Of a DNA stretch of 64,000 nucleotides, positions 17,401 to 26,563 are shown one piece after another (within the stretch, counting starts at the first letter, position 1; each line of letters opens with the position of its first letter). Made by a program: the position numbers and the translations under genes. The stretch lies in NCBI GenBank assembly GCA_963678065.2, contig CAXXVZ010000003.1, positions 288,001 to 352,000 of the forward strand. The letters run 5' to 3'. This stretch comes from Treponemataceae bacterium (GTDB lineage: Bacteria; Spirochaetota; Spirochaetia; Treponematales; Rectinemataceae). A model generated the notes under the pieces. It saw only the letters and a list, made by a program, of their open reading frames with translations. It was not told where the DNA came from and did not search any database.

Positions 17401-17488
17401 CCTCTCTGCCTCAGCCCGCAGCCACTTCCTTGCCATTCCCATCTTCGCCGAAATCCTGTCGAATTTTCACGAAACGACCCAAAATTGA
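14480..17488 (+). CDS. Class III adenylate/guanylate cyclase fused to STAND/AAA ATPase and helical-repeat region
   Basis: VLFSDMQDFT, EKYIGDA and GIHTG cyclase motifs; FVGRSDE; Walker A GDAGLGKS; GYPLFIEE; TPR-like C-terminus. Confidence 0.85.
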   Translation: MTVPSPDNAISDLSLREGERRTVTVLFSDMQDFTRFSSGSDPEVVDALMSRVFDAFESVVLSRGGMVEKYIGDALVAVFGYPVLHEDDPVRALDAALEFNAAVAALSSSPPVFRTGIHTGLVATGRRGQFDVVTGHTMSCASRIEGRSMPGQVLVSEETVERCRNFFVFGDIQRFMPKGDSQILTVRPLIGRRRASVQYETPFVGRSDELDSLVGAFVRPMGSERYGIYIHGDAGLGKSRLAVEFCTRLKRYPEFHSLILFANPSLYPELPYSTILRLILDALDLDSSVSLASIQVALLRLMPSPPRELSTVLECLLRVSRPGASSSPGPAQAQLRQMGEGQILDVLAGVFDAIFSSCCSIYPGLVILDNASMMDELSRGFFRHYLSGSGERPFFVLCDRAPHKEIASIFGISNLIALDTLADDESTELVRLLAGSQVDGALVERIVQLAQGYPLFIEEYARLAARGRSMDEMPDTVQTAVLSSMDRFEPEPRSLLPRVSVFKYPFTCEAAAMMAGMEPFPVRNLEDCLARLVEDGILVRGTSGFYGFRHARIREALYGSILNHNKRILHGRAAEALLAYTPSREDEILYHLVGAQDWEKARAYLFNIVTSLGIDSEPVVRRLLEATGPDMPEARIEMLFKEYAVRFNNHVYEGLEDILFEMHRLACSTKLDAPLARTYHLFMTYYLKFGDPYAAVRFGERALDRYASGTNPRGASNARFFLSEAYCRLGNYSRSLEILADIPCDNPQGELFHAKTMLIHKQYRSDYAGIEEWRLRVLELETKAGNEKAMLDAKFLWYSYMLQNFEIDRVDESGLPEATSGADVDTSFFFNASVASALARTGRKEEATERFSRAEYFAAQMPGSDMECAADMWLAWSYWFAPGNAQRAGFWARRALDAALSSRSVWLEFESLVFLAMHARDSGDTVLYTSYIREAESLSRWTFHRERRVESIFHFLKGDPARARDLLADEVASLLSASARSHFLAIPIFAEILSNFHETTQN

Positions 17489-17512
17489 CAGTAGCAGTAT
17501 TTCAGCCTAGAA

Positions 17513-17821
17513 TCATTCTCCAATGCGTCGTTTCGTGCTCCGCGCAACTTCTACGAGCATCAACTTTCGTTCAGCGGCCAGGTTTCGGGCGATAATCTGG
17601 CTGTCGTATGCGACGAGTACCCCTGGTACCTCAAAAATGAATCGCCTGTAGGCATCCTCCGCGAACTGAACGACTTCTCGGATATCCTGGCCTGGAATAA
17701 TTCCGCCGCGCGCCTGGGCGAAGTAGCCCAGCCTGTCGTGTACCGTTTTTATAAAATAGCGGGCGCAAAACCAAGACCACGTTTTGTGATCCAGCCTGGA
17801 ATCGTGCCGGCGGAGCTGCAC
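17513..17821 (-). CDS. Small hypothetical protein (uncertain)
   Basis: 102-aa ORF filling a lower-GC gap between convergent genes; no recognisable motif. Confidence 0.3.
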   Translation of the reverse strand: MQLRRHDSRLDHKTWSWFCARYFIKTVHDRLGYFAQARGGIIPGQDIREVVQFAEDAYRRFIFEVPGVLVAYDSQIIARNLAAERKLMLVEVARSTKRRIGE

Positions 17822-17880
17822 AAAATCTATACAAACCCATAAATCGCTATCAGCGAAGTCGAATTTTCATCCCTTCAGAT

Positions 17881-19584
17881 TCATCCCTCCCTCTTCGGGT
17901 ACAGGAATCGTTTGATTTTCTGTGTAGGCGTCTTCTCGAAAGGCTCTTTCTGTATCTTGACCTTCCCTATCCGCGAGAAGGCTGCGAGTCTCTCGTTCGC
18001 TTCTTTTTTGACTTTCTCGAGTAGCTGTGCGGCCGCTTTTTCTGCGGCCTTCTCCGCGTCCGAGACAGCCTGTCCGAGGCGCGTAGCAGCTTCCCCGGCT
18101 TCCTCAATTCCGTCCCGCAATCGGGCTTCCAGGTTTTCCCATACTTCAGGCTTCAGGTGTATGAGCGCTGTCAGTCCCGATTCGTCGCCGTAAACCAGCG
18201 ATTCGTTGACATAGGGAGATCGATTGATGACGGCTTCGATTTCCTCGGGGTAAATGTTCTCACCGGAGGCGCCGAGAATCATGTTCTTGAGCCTGCCGCG
18301 CACGAAGACAGTACCCTTGGAGTCGATGTAGCCGAGATCTCCTGTCCTGAACCAGCCGTCATCGGTGAAGGCCTCTTTTGTGCGTTCAGGGTCCTTGAAG
18401 TATCCTTTGAAGATGTTGGGTCCCTTGGCCTGGATTTCGCCTTCGCCCGAATCGGGCCGCGGGTCCGCGATGCGCAGGCTCACTCCCTTCAGCGCGGGGC
18501 CAGTGGAATGCAGTCGTGTCTTCGCCGGGTTGCAGCCGGCGAGAAGCGGCGAAGTCTCTGTGAGGCCGTAGCCGATAGCGTAGGGAAATCCCGCCGTTTT
18601 CAGAAACTGCTCGACGTCGGGGGCGAGGGGGGCGCCACCTACGCCGAAAAAGCGGATATGGCCGCCGAAAGTTTTCTTGAGCTTCATGCCGGCGAGGAAC
18701 TCGAGGATAGGCTTGAAGAAGGGTTTCTTGTACAGTTTCATCGCCTCGAGGGCAGGTTTTACGCTGGAACGGTAGATTTTTTCGATGACGAGGGGCACGG
18801 AGAGCATGATGGTCGGCTTGACAGTTTTGAGAGCGGGCAGGAGTGCCGTCGCCGAGGGCGGTCTGTCCATGTAGTACATGGCTGATCCGGCCATGAGTGG
18901 AATTGTGAAGCCGATCGTGAACTCGTAGGTGTGCGCGATCGGCAGGATGGAGAGGAGTCTGTCCAGCCTGTGCAGGATAATGATAGAGCGGCAGGCAATG
19001 GCGTTCGAGATGACGTTCCGGTGGCTCAGCATGACGCCTTTGGAGAGTCCTGTCGTTCCCGAAGTGTAGACGATCTCGAGTATGTCGTCCGCCAGGATTT
19101 TCGGCTTCACGAAGCCCTGCACCGCCTTTTCGATATCGGCTTGTGCGAGCGCCGTTGTTCCTGCGGGGCCCGCAATGAAGTTGGAGTCTTCAGCGGAGAT
19201 GAGTATGCGCCGGTCCGCTTCCGTCTCGACTTTGGGAAGGAATCGCTTCGAGACGATCACGGCCTTCGCGCCCGAGTGCTCGAGTATGTTGGCGATCTGT
19301 TCGGATGTGAAATCGGTCAGGATAGGCACGAGCATGACGCCCGTGCGAGTGGCTCCGAGGTAGGAGATGCCCCAGAATGGCGAACTCTCGGCGATGAGGG
19401 CGACGCGATCTCCTTGTTTGAGACCATAGGCGGAGAGAATGGCTGCCACCCGCAGAGTCTTCGCTCCCAGTTCGCCGTAGCTCACCGCCCTGCCTCCGAC
19501 CATGCCGAATACGGGCCGCTCGGCGTACCGGGCGGAGCTTTTTTCTATGATCTCGGGGAATGTATAGTCTTTTAGTTCATACAT
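17881..19584 (-). CDS. Long-chain acyl-CoA ligase (AMP-binding family)
   Basis: YTSGTTGLSKG, GYGLTET, WFRTGDLG and GENIYPEEIE motifs; AAGGAGG RBS before ATG 19584. Confidence 0.9.
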   Translation of the reverse strand: MYELKDYTFPEIIEKSSARYAERPVFGMVGGRAVSYGELGAKTLRVAAILSAYGLKQGDRVALIAESSPFWGISYLGATRTGVMLVPILTDFTSEQIANILEHSGAKAVIVSKRFLPKVETEADRRILISAEDSNFIAGPAGTTALAQADIEKAVQGFVKPKILADDILEIVYTSGTTGLSKGVMLSHRNVISNAIACRSIIILHRLDRLLSILPIAHTYEFTIGFTIPLMAGSAMYYMDRPPSATALLPALKTVKPTIMLSVPLVIEKIYRSSVKPALEAMKLYKKPFFKPILEFLAGMKLKKTFGGHIRFFGVGGAPLAPDVEQFLKTAGFPYAIGYGLTETSPLLAGCNPAKTRLHSTGPALKGVSLRIADPRPDSGEGEIQAKGPNIFKGYFKDPERTKEAFTDDGWFRTGDLGYIDSKGTVFVRGRLKNMILGASGENIYPEEIEAVINRSPYVNESLVYGDESGLTALIHLKPEVWENLEARLRDGIEEAGEAATRLGQAVSDAEKAAEKAAAQLLEKVKKEANERLAAFSRIGKVKIQKEPFEKTPTQKIKRFLYPKREG

Positions 19585-19727
19585 GCGGACATCCTCCTTG
19601 GGGACGCGCCGTGATAATGCAGCATCAGTATTGATGACGCGTCCTTCGGAGGCTGTCAAGCTCAGGATCTGGAAGCCATGGATCTGGAAGCCGCCGGAAC
19701 GGCTGTCTTCACGAAGTCGCAGAGACT

Positions 19728-22139
19728 TCAGGGACTGAGCACCTCGACGAGGGCGATAGAGGCGGAGGCACTGTTGCCGGCAAGCACGATGCTTGTTCCC
19801 GCCAGCGCCGATCCCACGGTGCCCGTGATTCCGTACATGTCTTCCCCGCTGGGCTCAAGGAGAGAGGCGGGGCCAGGGATGCCTGACGCTCCATCACGGG
19901 GCAGGAAGAGAAGTCCCTGTTCTCCTGAAAGCACGATGAAGTCTCCGCCTCCCCCTCCCCGGCTGCCGGAGTGGATCGTGCTGCATTCCCCGCCTGCCCC
20001 CGGCAGTGTAGTCGATGCTAGAGGGATGAAGGTGGAACCCACTCCATCCTTCCTGAAATGCTTGATGGCCTTTCGGTCACATAGAACATAGAGATCGTTC
20101 CCCTCCGGAGAGAAGGCCAGTGATTCGGGGTTAGTGAAGTCGCCGCCAGCTTGGGCCTTCTCGACCGTCTGCGAAAGACCGAGGCCTGTGATTCCCGGAA
20201 CAAAGAGGAAGATTCGTGACGACGATAAAGAGCTCGCTGCCACGCCGCCCCACGCTGCCACTGCGAGTCCCGACATGCCGAGACTCGTGCCGGGATAGAG
20301 TGCGTCGATGTCGAAGCGCTGTTCGAGCTCCGGCACGAAGCCTGAACTTTCCGGCATCCTGAGAGTGTACAGGGACTCCGGGCTATTAGAGAGAACGTAG
20401 AGGCGCTTTGAGTCCGGGGAGAAGGCGATGGCCTTCACTGAGGAGAGCTCCGCGAATCCGGAACTTGCGGACGTGAGATCGTATGCCGCGGATTTCCTGC
20501 CCGCCGCGTCGAGCTCGTAGATTCTGAGCCAGGTCGAGCTGGAGCCCGCTGCCGCGGCGAATCTTCCGTTGGCAGAGAGCGCAAGTCTGTCCGGCGTGCG
20601 TGCGGACGAATTGATCCGGACTTCATCTTTCCAGAGCCGGAAAAGCTCGCCTTCGCCTGTGATCCTGAAGGCGTGGACAGCCGATGGCGCGTCGAGTCCC
20701 GCGGCCATGAGAATTCCTGGTTTTCCGCTCGCTGCGACGGCCTTGACGGGAGTAGGGGAATCGGACCCGGGCGCTGATCCGGGACTTCCTGGGAAGAGCG
20801 AGGCTCCGGTAACCGCTTTCGCTTCATACAGCGACTTCCACGCGAGGCTCGCGTTTGCGGGGCCTGTAGCGAACTCGTAGAGAGCGCCCATCGAGCCCTG
20901 GCGCCCGGAAACGGGGTTGCGTGCGAGCACGTCGAGCCGTACAACGCTCGGCAGAGTGGAGACATCCATTGCCGCGCCGGGTGTGAAGATCGGCAGGTCG
21001 GCAGGCCATCCCGCCGGTGTTGGCGCGACGGTCGAACTTCCCTCCGGGTTCCCGTTCATCTTCCATGACAGAGTAGTTCCCGCTTCAGCCCCTGCGAGAC
21101 TGGGTTGAAAGGGTAGAAGACTCGTGGCTTTGTGCCGTACAGGGAGAAGCATGCCGGAAATCGGCTCGACCGACACCGGCGTCAGATTCATCGTGATGCC
21201 AGGTGTCCCGAGCTCGAGGCGGCAGCTCCCCCTCGTCTCGAATCCCGCGAGGATGAGCACGGTCTCGCTCGCGCCGGCCAGTGTTCCTCTCCCGTCCGCG
21301 AGTGATAGCTCGAGGGTGTAGAACCCTGCAGGAACTTCGGTGATCTCGACCAACGACGCGCCCCATTCGAGGTCGATGGGGAAGCTTGTAGTCAGGCTGG
21401 GCCTGCCCGCGGCCTGGGCAGGTCCGTCCACGGGGGACAGCGAACCTCGTATCCTGCTACCGGAAGGCGGTGCGAGGCTCGACGACAGTTCCACTGCGAA
21501 GCTTCCGTTCCCTTCCACGGGCAGCATTTTCAGATCGAGACTCGAGCTCCGGCTCGCCTCGAGAAGGACAGTCCCCCGCGCTGTGGCCACGGATTTTGCC
21601 GTGGATGTGAGCGCTCTGACGGTGATCTCCCAGGAGCCGGGCGCCAGGTTTGCGCTCAAGGATGTCCTGCTTGTCTCTTTATTGAAAACCGCTCCTCCGG
21701 GCCCGGTTCCCGAAACGGCGTACCGTGACGTAGCCCAGGATTCTCCCGGCGCGATTGTCCTGCCGGCAGCCTCTGCTTCCCTGATCCCCGACGCCGACGG
21801 ACTCATTCCGGCTATGGAAAAAAGCTCCGGATCGAGCTTGAACCTGAGTTCGAGCGACGCTCCAGATGACCCGGAGATGGGCGCGCAGCAAAAACAGAGC
21901 GTCGCAAGTGCGATTGAGCCGAGCACAAGGAACCAGATGCCGCAGACAGCCTGGAAGCGTCGTCTCGTGCGCTGCGCGGGATACTCAGGGTATCCGGGAT
22001 TCCCATGATAGCCCGCACACGGGAATGCCGTGCCCGGTTTCTTGCGGGGAAGACGAGGGGGAACGGGAAGGGCTGCGGGGGGCAGAGGTAATCCCGGCAA
22101 TCCCGGGACACAGAGATACGAATTGAACGCGTGTGCCAT
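19728..22139 (-). CDS. Putative exported/lipoprotein with beta-sandwich N-region and C-terminal beta-propeller (lactonase-like)
   Basis: GGAGG RBS before ATG 22139. Hydrophobic stretch ending LCFCC. Propeller repeats (ALSANGRF, AFSPDSKRLYV, AFSPEGNDLYV). The upstream part of the 1069-aa ORF is a glgA antisense shadow. Confidence 0.6.
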   Translation of the reverse strand: MAHAFNSYLCVPGLPGLPLPPAALPVPPRLPRKKPGTAFPCAGYHGNPGYPEYPAQRTRRRFQAVCGIWFLVLGSIALATLCFCCAPISGSSGASLELRFKLDPELFSIAGMSPSASGIREAEAAGRTIAPGESWATSRYAVSGTGPGGAVFNKETSRTSLSANLAPGSWEITVRALTSTAKSVATARGTVLLEASRSSSLDLKMLPVEGNGSFAVELSSSLAPPSGSRIRGSLSPVDGPAQAAGRPSLTTSFPIDLEWGASLVEITEVPAGFYTLELSLADGRGTLAGASETVLILAGFETRGSCRLELGTPGITMNLTPVSVEPISGMLLPVRHKATSLLPFQPSLAGAEAGTTLSWKMNGNPEGSSTVAPTPAGWPADLPIFTPGAAMDVSTLPSVVRLDVLARNPVSGRQGSMGALYEFATGPANASLAWKSLYEAKAVTGASLFPGSPGSAPGSDSPTPVKAVAASGKPGILMAAGLDAPSAVHAFRITGEGELFRLWKDEVRINSSARTPDRLALSANGRFAAAAGSSSTWLRIYELDAAGRKSAAYDLTSASSGFAELSSVKAIAFSPDSKRLYVLSNSPESLYTLRMPESSGFVPELEQRFDIDALYPGTSLGMSGLAVAAWGGVAASSLSSSRIFLFVPGITGLGLSQTVEKAQAGGDFTNPESLAFSPEGNDLYVLCDRKAIKHFRKDGVGSTFIPLASTTLPGAGGECSTIHSGSRGGGGGDFIVLSGEQGLLFLPRDGASGIPGPASLLEPSGEDMYGITGTVGSALAGTSIVLAGNSASASIALVEVLSP

Positions 22140-22290
22140 GAATGATCCTCCATGCAAGGACATCGCCTGAGTAAACGGATTTTGATTGAAACCTTCGCTG
22201 GTTTTTCGTATTTTTGTATTTATTGCCGAGTGACCGCGCGAGGGTTCGCGATTTCCTTCTCCGGGAGCCTTCCCCGAAGCCTCGCCTTTG

Positions 22291-22319
22291 TTGCCTAAGC
22301 CCGGCAGGCTCTGTATAAT
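22291..22319 (+). promoter_or_regulatory. sigma70 promoter for glgA operon
   Basis: TTGCCT-17-TATAAT. Confidence 0.7.
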
Positions 22320-22361
22320 CAATTTCCCGTCCCACGATGTTCTGCAGGAGGACCGAGAGCC

Positions 22362-23855
22362 GTGAAAATACTCATGGTCACGAGCGAAGCCATTCCCTTT
22401 GCGAAGTCCGGGGGGCTCGGCGATGCCGTTTCGGCCCTCTCCCGCGCGCTCTCCCGCCTGGGCCACGATGTCCGTATCGTCATGCCCCGCTATTATTCCA
22501 TAGATCGCTATTCTCTCGAGCGCATGGAAGGCGCCATGGGCGTGCCGGTCGGCGAGGGCGAGGAGTGGACGGCCGTCTACCGCGGAAAGCTCCCGGGCTC
22601 CGGAGTCGAGATCTACTTCATCGACCACGAGAGGCTCTACGGACGGGAAGGCGTGTATGGCGACAAAGCCACGCCCGACTTTCCCGACAATCCTCAGCGC
22701 TTCGGCCTCCTCGCGCGCGCCGCCTTCCAGCTCTGCCGCAAAATCTCCTGGATTCCCGATATAATCCAGGGCAACGACTGGCCCGGCGCCCTCTCGGCGG
22801 TCTTCCTGCGCCATGTCGAGCGCCAGAAGGACTTCGCCGGCACCGCCAGCGTCTTCTCGATCCACAACCTCGGCTACCAGGGAATCTATCCGAAGGATGA
22901 CTTCCCTTATTTTCAGCTTCCCTGGGAACTCTTCCACTCAGCCGGATTCGAGTTCTATGACAGGCTCAACATGCTCAAGGCCGCCTTGCGTTCCGCCGAC
23001 AGTCTCGCCACCGTCTCTCCGACGTATGCGCGGGAGATCCAGACTCCCTCCTTCGGCTTCGGCATGGACGGAATCCTGCGCTCGCGCAGCTCCGACTTGG
23101 TCGGCATCATCAACGGGATCGACGCGGAGGACTGGAACCCTTCCCTCGATCCCCTCATCCCCGCCCGCTACACGGCGACGGAGCTCTCCGGAAAATCTCT
23201 CTGCAAGACAGCCCTCCAGAAGGCATTCGGACTGCCGATCCGCCCCGAGGTGCCGATCGTCGGCATGATCTCGCGCCTCGCCGACCAGAAAGGGGTGGGG
23301 GAGCTCTTCGGCCCTGGCTACGGCGCCGCCTTCGGCCTCTGCAGGGACATGGACCTCCAGTTCGTCATTCTCGGCTCAGGTGAGCGTTGGTGCGAGGAGG
23401 AGCTTCGAACCCTCTCGTCGACCCTGCCCAACTTCCGTGCGCGGATCGGCTACGACGAGAAGATAGCCCACCTCATCGAGGCCGGCAGCGATTTCTTCAT
23501 GATGCCGAGCCGCTACGAACCCTGCGGTCTCAATCAGATGTATTCCCTCGCCTACGGCACGCTTCCCATAGTCCACAGGACAGGCGGGCTCGCCGACACG
23601 GTCGAGAACTACAATCAGGAGACCGGCTCGGGCGTCGGCTTCATGTTCGACAACCTTACGCCCCGCGCCATCTACGACACGACGGGCTGGGCAGTCTGGG
23701 CATGGTACAACAGACCAGAACACATCCAGGCTATGCGCGTCAGGGCCATGGGCCGCGATTTCCCTTGGGAACGCAGCGCCGCGCAGTACGTCAAGCTCTA
23801 TGAGAGGACTCTCGCCGCTGTACGCGGCACAGCGAGTCCCGGTCGACGGGAGTGA
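22362..23855 (+). CDS. glgA: Glycogen synthase
   Basis: PFAKSGGLGD, FSIHNLGYQG and PSRYEPCGLNQM motifs. Confidence 0.95.
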   Translation: MKILMVTSEAIPFAKSGGLGDAVSALSRALSRLGHDVRIVMPRYYSIDRYSLERMEGAMGVPVGEGEEWTAVYRGKLPGSGVEIYFIDHERLYGREGVYGDKATPDFPDNPQRFGLLARAAFQLCRKISWIPDIIQGNDWPGALSAVFLRHVERQKDFAGTASVFSIHNLGYQGIYPKDDFPYFQLPWELFHSAGFEFYDRLNMLKAALRSADSLATVSPTYAREIQTPSFGFGMDGILRSRSSDLVGIINGIDAEDWNPSLDPLIPARYTATELSGKSLCKTALQKAFGLPIRPEVPIVGMISRLADQKGVGELFGPGYGAAFGLCRDMDLQFVILGSGERWCEEELRTLSSTLPNFRARIGYDEKIAHLIEAGSDFFMMPSRYEPCGLNQMYSLAYGTLPIVHRTGGLADTVENYNQETGSGVGFMFDNLTPRAIYDTTGWAVWAWYNRPEHIQAMRVRAMGRDFPWERSAAQYVKLYERTLAAVRGTASPGRRE

Positions 23856-25402
23856 TGATGAGCGAGAAACAGACCAAAGTCTACGATTACAATGTCGACA
23901 AGGTGCGCGAAAAACTTGTCGACGTCTTCCGTTCGCGCCGCAACGAGGCGACGGTCGCCGACCTCATCGCCACGACGGGACTTCCCGCCATTCAGGTTCA
24001 GACGGAATTGCCCGCGGTGTCCGACGAGTACGGGGCCCGCCTCAGGGTCACGGAATCGGGCGAGATACTCTACTCCTTCCCCGATGGCATGAAATCCCGT
24101 TACCGGGGCTTCGTGGCTGGCCTCAAGCGGTTCTGGAAAGGTACGAAGAAGGTCGCGACTGCCGTGGGAACGGCGGTCTTCAAGGGTTGGATCGTCCTCA
24201 TGCTCGTCGGCTACTTCGTCCTCTTCATCGCCCTCGCGCTCTTCGCTCTCGTGGCCTCGGTGGCCATCTCCCAGGGCGGTGGGTCGAGCGATTCCCGGAG
24301 TTCGAGCCGCCGCGGCGGCGGCCTCGGCGGTCTCATGCTCACGGGTCGGCTCTTCGACACCATCATCCGCATCTGGTTCTATTCAGAGCTTTTCAAATCC
24401 CCGGAACAGCGCGCGTACGCCCGTTCCCACCGGGGCTCAGGCGAGAGCGACGAGCAGCGCAGGCCCCTGCACAAGGCCGTCTTCTCCCACGTTTTCGGCG
24501 ATGGCGATCCCGACGCCGCCTGGGCCGAGGCCGAAAAGAAGGCTGTCGTCGCCTTCCTCCAGTCCAACCGGGGTGTCATCACAATGCCCGAGTTCATGTC
24601 CATCACGGGCCAGAAACCCACTGAGGCCGAGCTCGCCATCAACCGCTACATGCTCGAATTCGGCGGCACGCCCGAAGTGACTTCCGAAGGAACCATCTAT
24701 TACAACTTCCCCGAGCTTCTCCGGCGCAAGGATACGGCTGACCGGAGCTACGGTTTCTCCGTCCTCTTGAAGCGCATGGCCGCCTTCTCTTCCAATTCCA
24801 AAAAAGCCGACACGACTTTCCGTCTCATCAACCTCGCCAACATCCTCTTCGGGGGGTATTTCCTCTACGGGGCCCTCTCGGTGGGGCAGTCCTGGTTTTA
24901 TCAGACACCGAAAGGCCTCGCTCTCCGCGGTGGCCTCGATTTCTTCTATTCTATCACCGCCTACCTCTTCGGCGGCATCATGAACATCCCCAACCCTGTC
25001 ACCCTCATAACCTGGGGTCTCGGCGTGACTCCCCTCGTCTTCTCGGCTCTCTTCTACCTCGTCCCCATGATCCGCGGACAAAGACTTACGTCCCGCAACG
25101 AGAAGGCGAGGTTCGAGAACCTGCGCCGAGTCGTCTACCGCGCTATCTGGGACAGACCGCGCGGCTTCCGTCCCGAAGCCATTCCCGCGGGTGGCGCAGA
25201 GATCACGCCCAAAGACCCTGGCCGCGCCACCGCAGTCATCGTGGACGAGGTGGCGGCTTGGTCCGGCGGCGAGCCCGTCTCTGACGGTTCCTGGAATTTC
25301 GACGAACTCGAGCGCACTCGCCGCGAAGTCCAGACCGTCCGCGCCAACGTGGATCCCTCGAAGTACGACCTCGGTCAGACTGTCTTCGACAGCCACTCCT
25401 GA
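23852..25402 (+). CDS. Conserved membrane protein resembling the plant/cyanobacterial At5g03900-like family
   Basis: TVADL..LRVTESGEILYSFP, VFSHVFGDGDP and FGGTPEVTSEGTIYYNFPEL segments; several TM helices; overlaps glgA stop. Family call is from memory. Confidence 0.6.
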   Translation: MMMSEKQTKVYDYNVDKVREKLVDVFRSRRNEATVADLIATTGLPAIQVQTELPAVSDEYGARLRVTESGEILYSFPDGMKSRYRGFVAGLKRFWKGTKKVATAVGTAVFKGWIVLMLVGYFVLFIALALFALVASVAISQGGGSSDSRSSSRRGGGLGGLMLTGRLFDTIIRIWFYSELFKSPEQRAYARSHRGSGESDEQRRPLHKAVFSHVFGDGDPDAAWAEAEKKAVVAFLQSNRGVITMPEFMSITGQKPTEAELAINRYMLEFGGTPEVTSEGTIYYNFPELLRRKDTADRSYGFSVLLKRMAAFSSNSKKADTTFRLINLANILFGGYFLYGALSVGQSWFYQTPKGLALRGGLDFFYSITAYLFGGIMNIPNPVTLITWGLGVTPLVFSALFYLVPMIRGQRLTSRNEKARFENLRRVVYRAIWDRPRGFRPEAIPAGGAEITPKDPGRATAVIVDEVAAWSGGEPVSDGSWNFDELERTRREVQTVRANVDPSKYDLGQTVFDSHS

Positions 25403-25423
25403 CACTCCGCACTGGCAGCCGAC

Positions 25424-26449
25424 GTGAGCCACCACACATCCCATCCAGATGGCAGAGGTATAATCCTCGCCTTTGCCTCCGCGGCGGGATTCTCGACCCT
25501 CTCCCTCTTCGCCAAGCTCATCTACGCCGAGGGCTTCTCAGTCCAGCAGACCCTCGCCTGGCGCTTCACACTCGCCTCCGTCTTCCTCCTCATCCTCGTT
25601 TACGCCCGCCATTCCGCCGCCAAAGCCTCTCGGGCGCCCGCAACTGCCTTCATGGCCACCCTCTCTGCCGAGCCTTCCGTCGCAGCCACCGGCTGGGCTT
25701 CGGGCCCTCTCGTCCTCGGACTTCCCCGCGCGCGTCTTTTGCCCGTCATCCTCCTCGGGCTTTTCGGCTTCGCCCCCCAGGCCGGTCTCTTCTTCCTCAC
25801 TGTCAAAATCCTGGACCCCGGAATCACGGGTCTCTTGCTGTACCTGTATCCCTCCTTCGTCGTCCTCTTCTCTTTCGTTTTTCTGAAGAAGAAGCCGGTC
25901 ACGATACAGATCCTCGCCCTCGTCCTTTCCCTCGGAGGCTGCGCTCTGACCTTCTTCAAGGCTGGACGCTACCCGGCGGTCGGCCTCGCACTCGGGGCCT
26001 TCGTGGCCCTGGCCTACGCCGCCTACCTCGTCGCCGGCGAGAAAGTCCTCGCCGGCCTCGACCCCGTCGGCGCCACCGCGGTCATCATGCTGGTCGCCGC
26101 GATCGTCTACTGGACCTTCGTCATCTTTTCCGGCATTCCCCCTCGCGCCCCCAAAAGCCTCGTCTCGATCCTCGGCTTTCTCGGCGTCTCTCTCGTCTCC
26201 ACGGTCCTGCCCATCACGACCCTCTTCATGGCCATGGAGCGAATCGGCGCCGCTGACACTTCCCTCGTCTCCACCGTCGAACCCGTCTTCACCCTCATCA
26301 TGTCCGCCCTCCTCGTCGGCGAACGCCTCGGCGCCCCCCAACTCGCCGGCGGAGCCCTCATTCTGTCCGCAGTCATTCTCCTCCGCTTCGCCCCCGCCGC
26401 TTCCGCCACGGCTTTCGAACGCATCCTCCCCCCCTCGAAACACCCCTGA
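25424..26449 (+). CDS. EamA/DMT family transporter
   Basis: ~10 TM helices; LAWRF, IGAADTSLVSTVEPVF and LVGERLG motifs. Confidence 0.85.
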   Translation: MSHHTSHPDGRGIILAFASAAGFSTLSLFAKLIYAEGFSVQQTLAWRFTLASVFLLILVYARHSAAKASRAPATAFMATLSAEPSVAATGWASGPLVLGLPRARLLPVILLGLFGFAPQAGLFFLTVKILDPGITGLLLYLYPSFVVLFSFVFLKKKPVTIQILALVLSLGGCALTFFKAGRYPAVGLALGAFVALAYAAYLVAGEKVLAGLDPVGATAVIMLVAAIVYWTFVIFSGIPPRAPKSLVSILGFLGVSLVSTVLPITTLFMAMERIGAADTSLVSTVEPVFTLIMSALLVGERLGAPQLAGGALILSAVILLRFAPAASATAFERILPPSKHP

Positions 26450-26563
26450 GCCCATAACCCCTCATCTGCAATCTCTCTCCTCCATCCTGAAATCCTGTCA
26501 TCTCCCTTCTGTTGCCAGGGCTGAGAGGCGAGAAGTTCGGACTTGTACGGAGACGAAACGGTT

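Noticed and set aside
19623..19692. 13-bp direct repeat ggatctggaagcc (x2) and short palindrome catca-N4-tgatg upstream of the acyl-CoA ligase
   Set aside because: Only two copies and no clear -10 at canonical spacing from the TTGACA; cannot distinguish from slippage or chance
22140..22937. N-terminal 266 aa of the 1069-aa ORF
   Set aside because: Overlaps glgA antisense and its promoter; a strong SD and ATG lie at 22139
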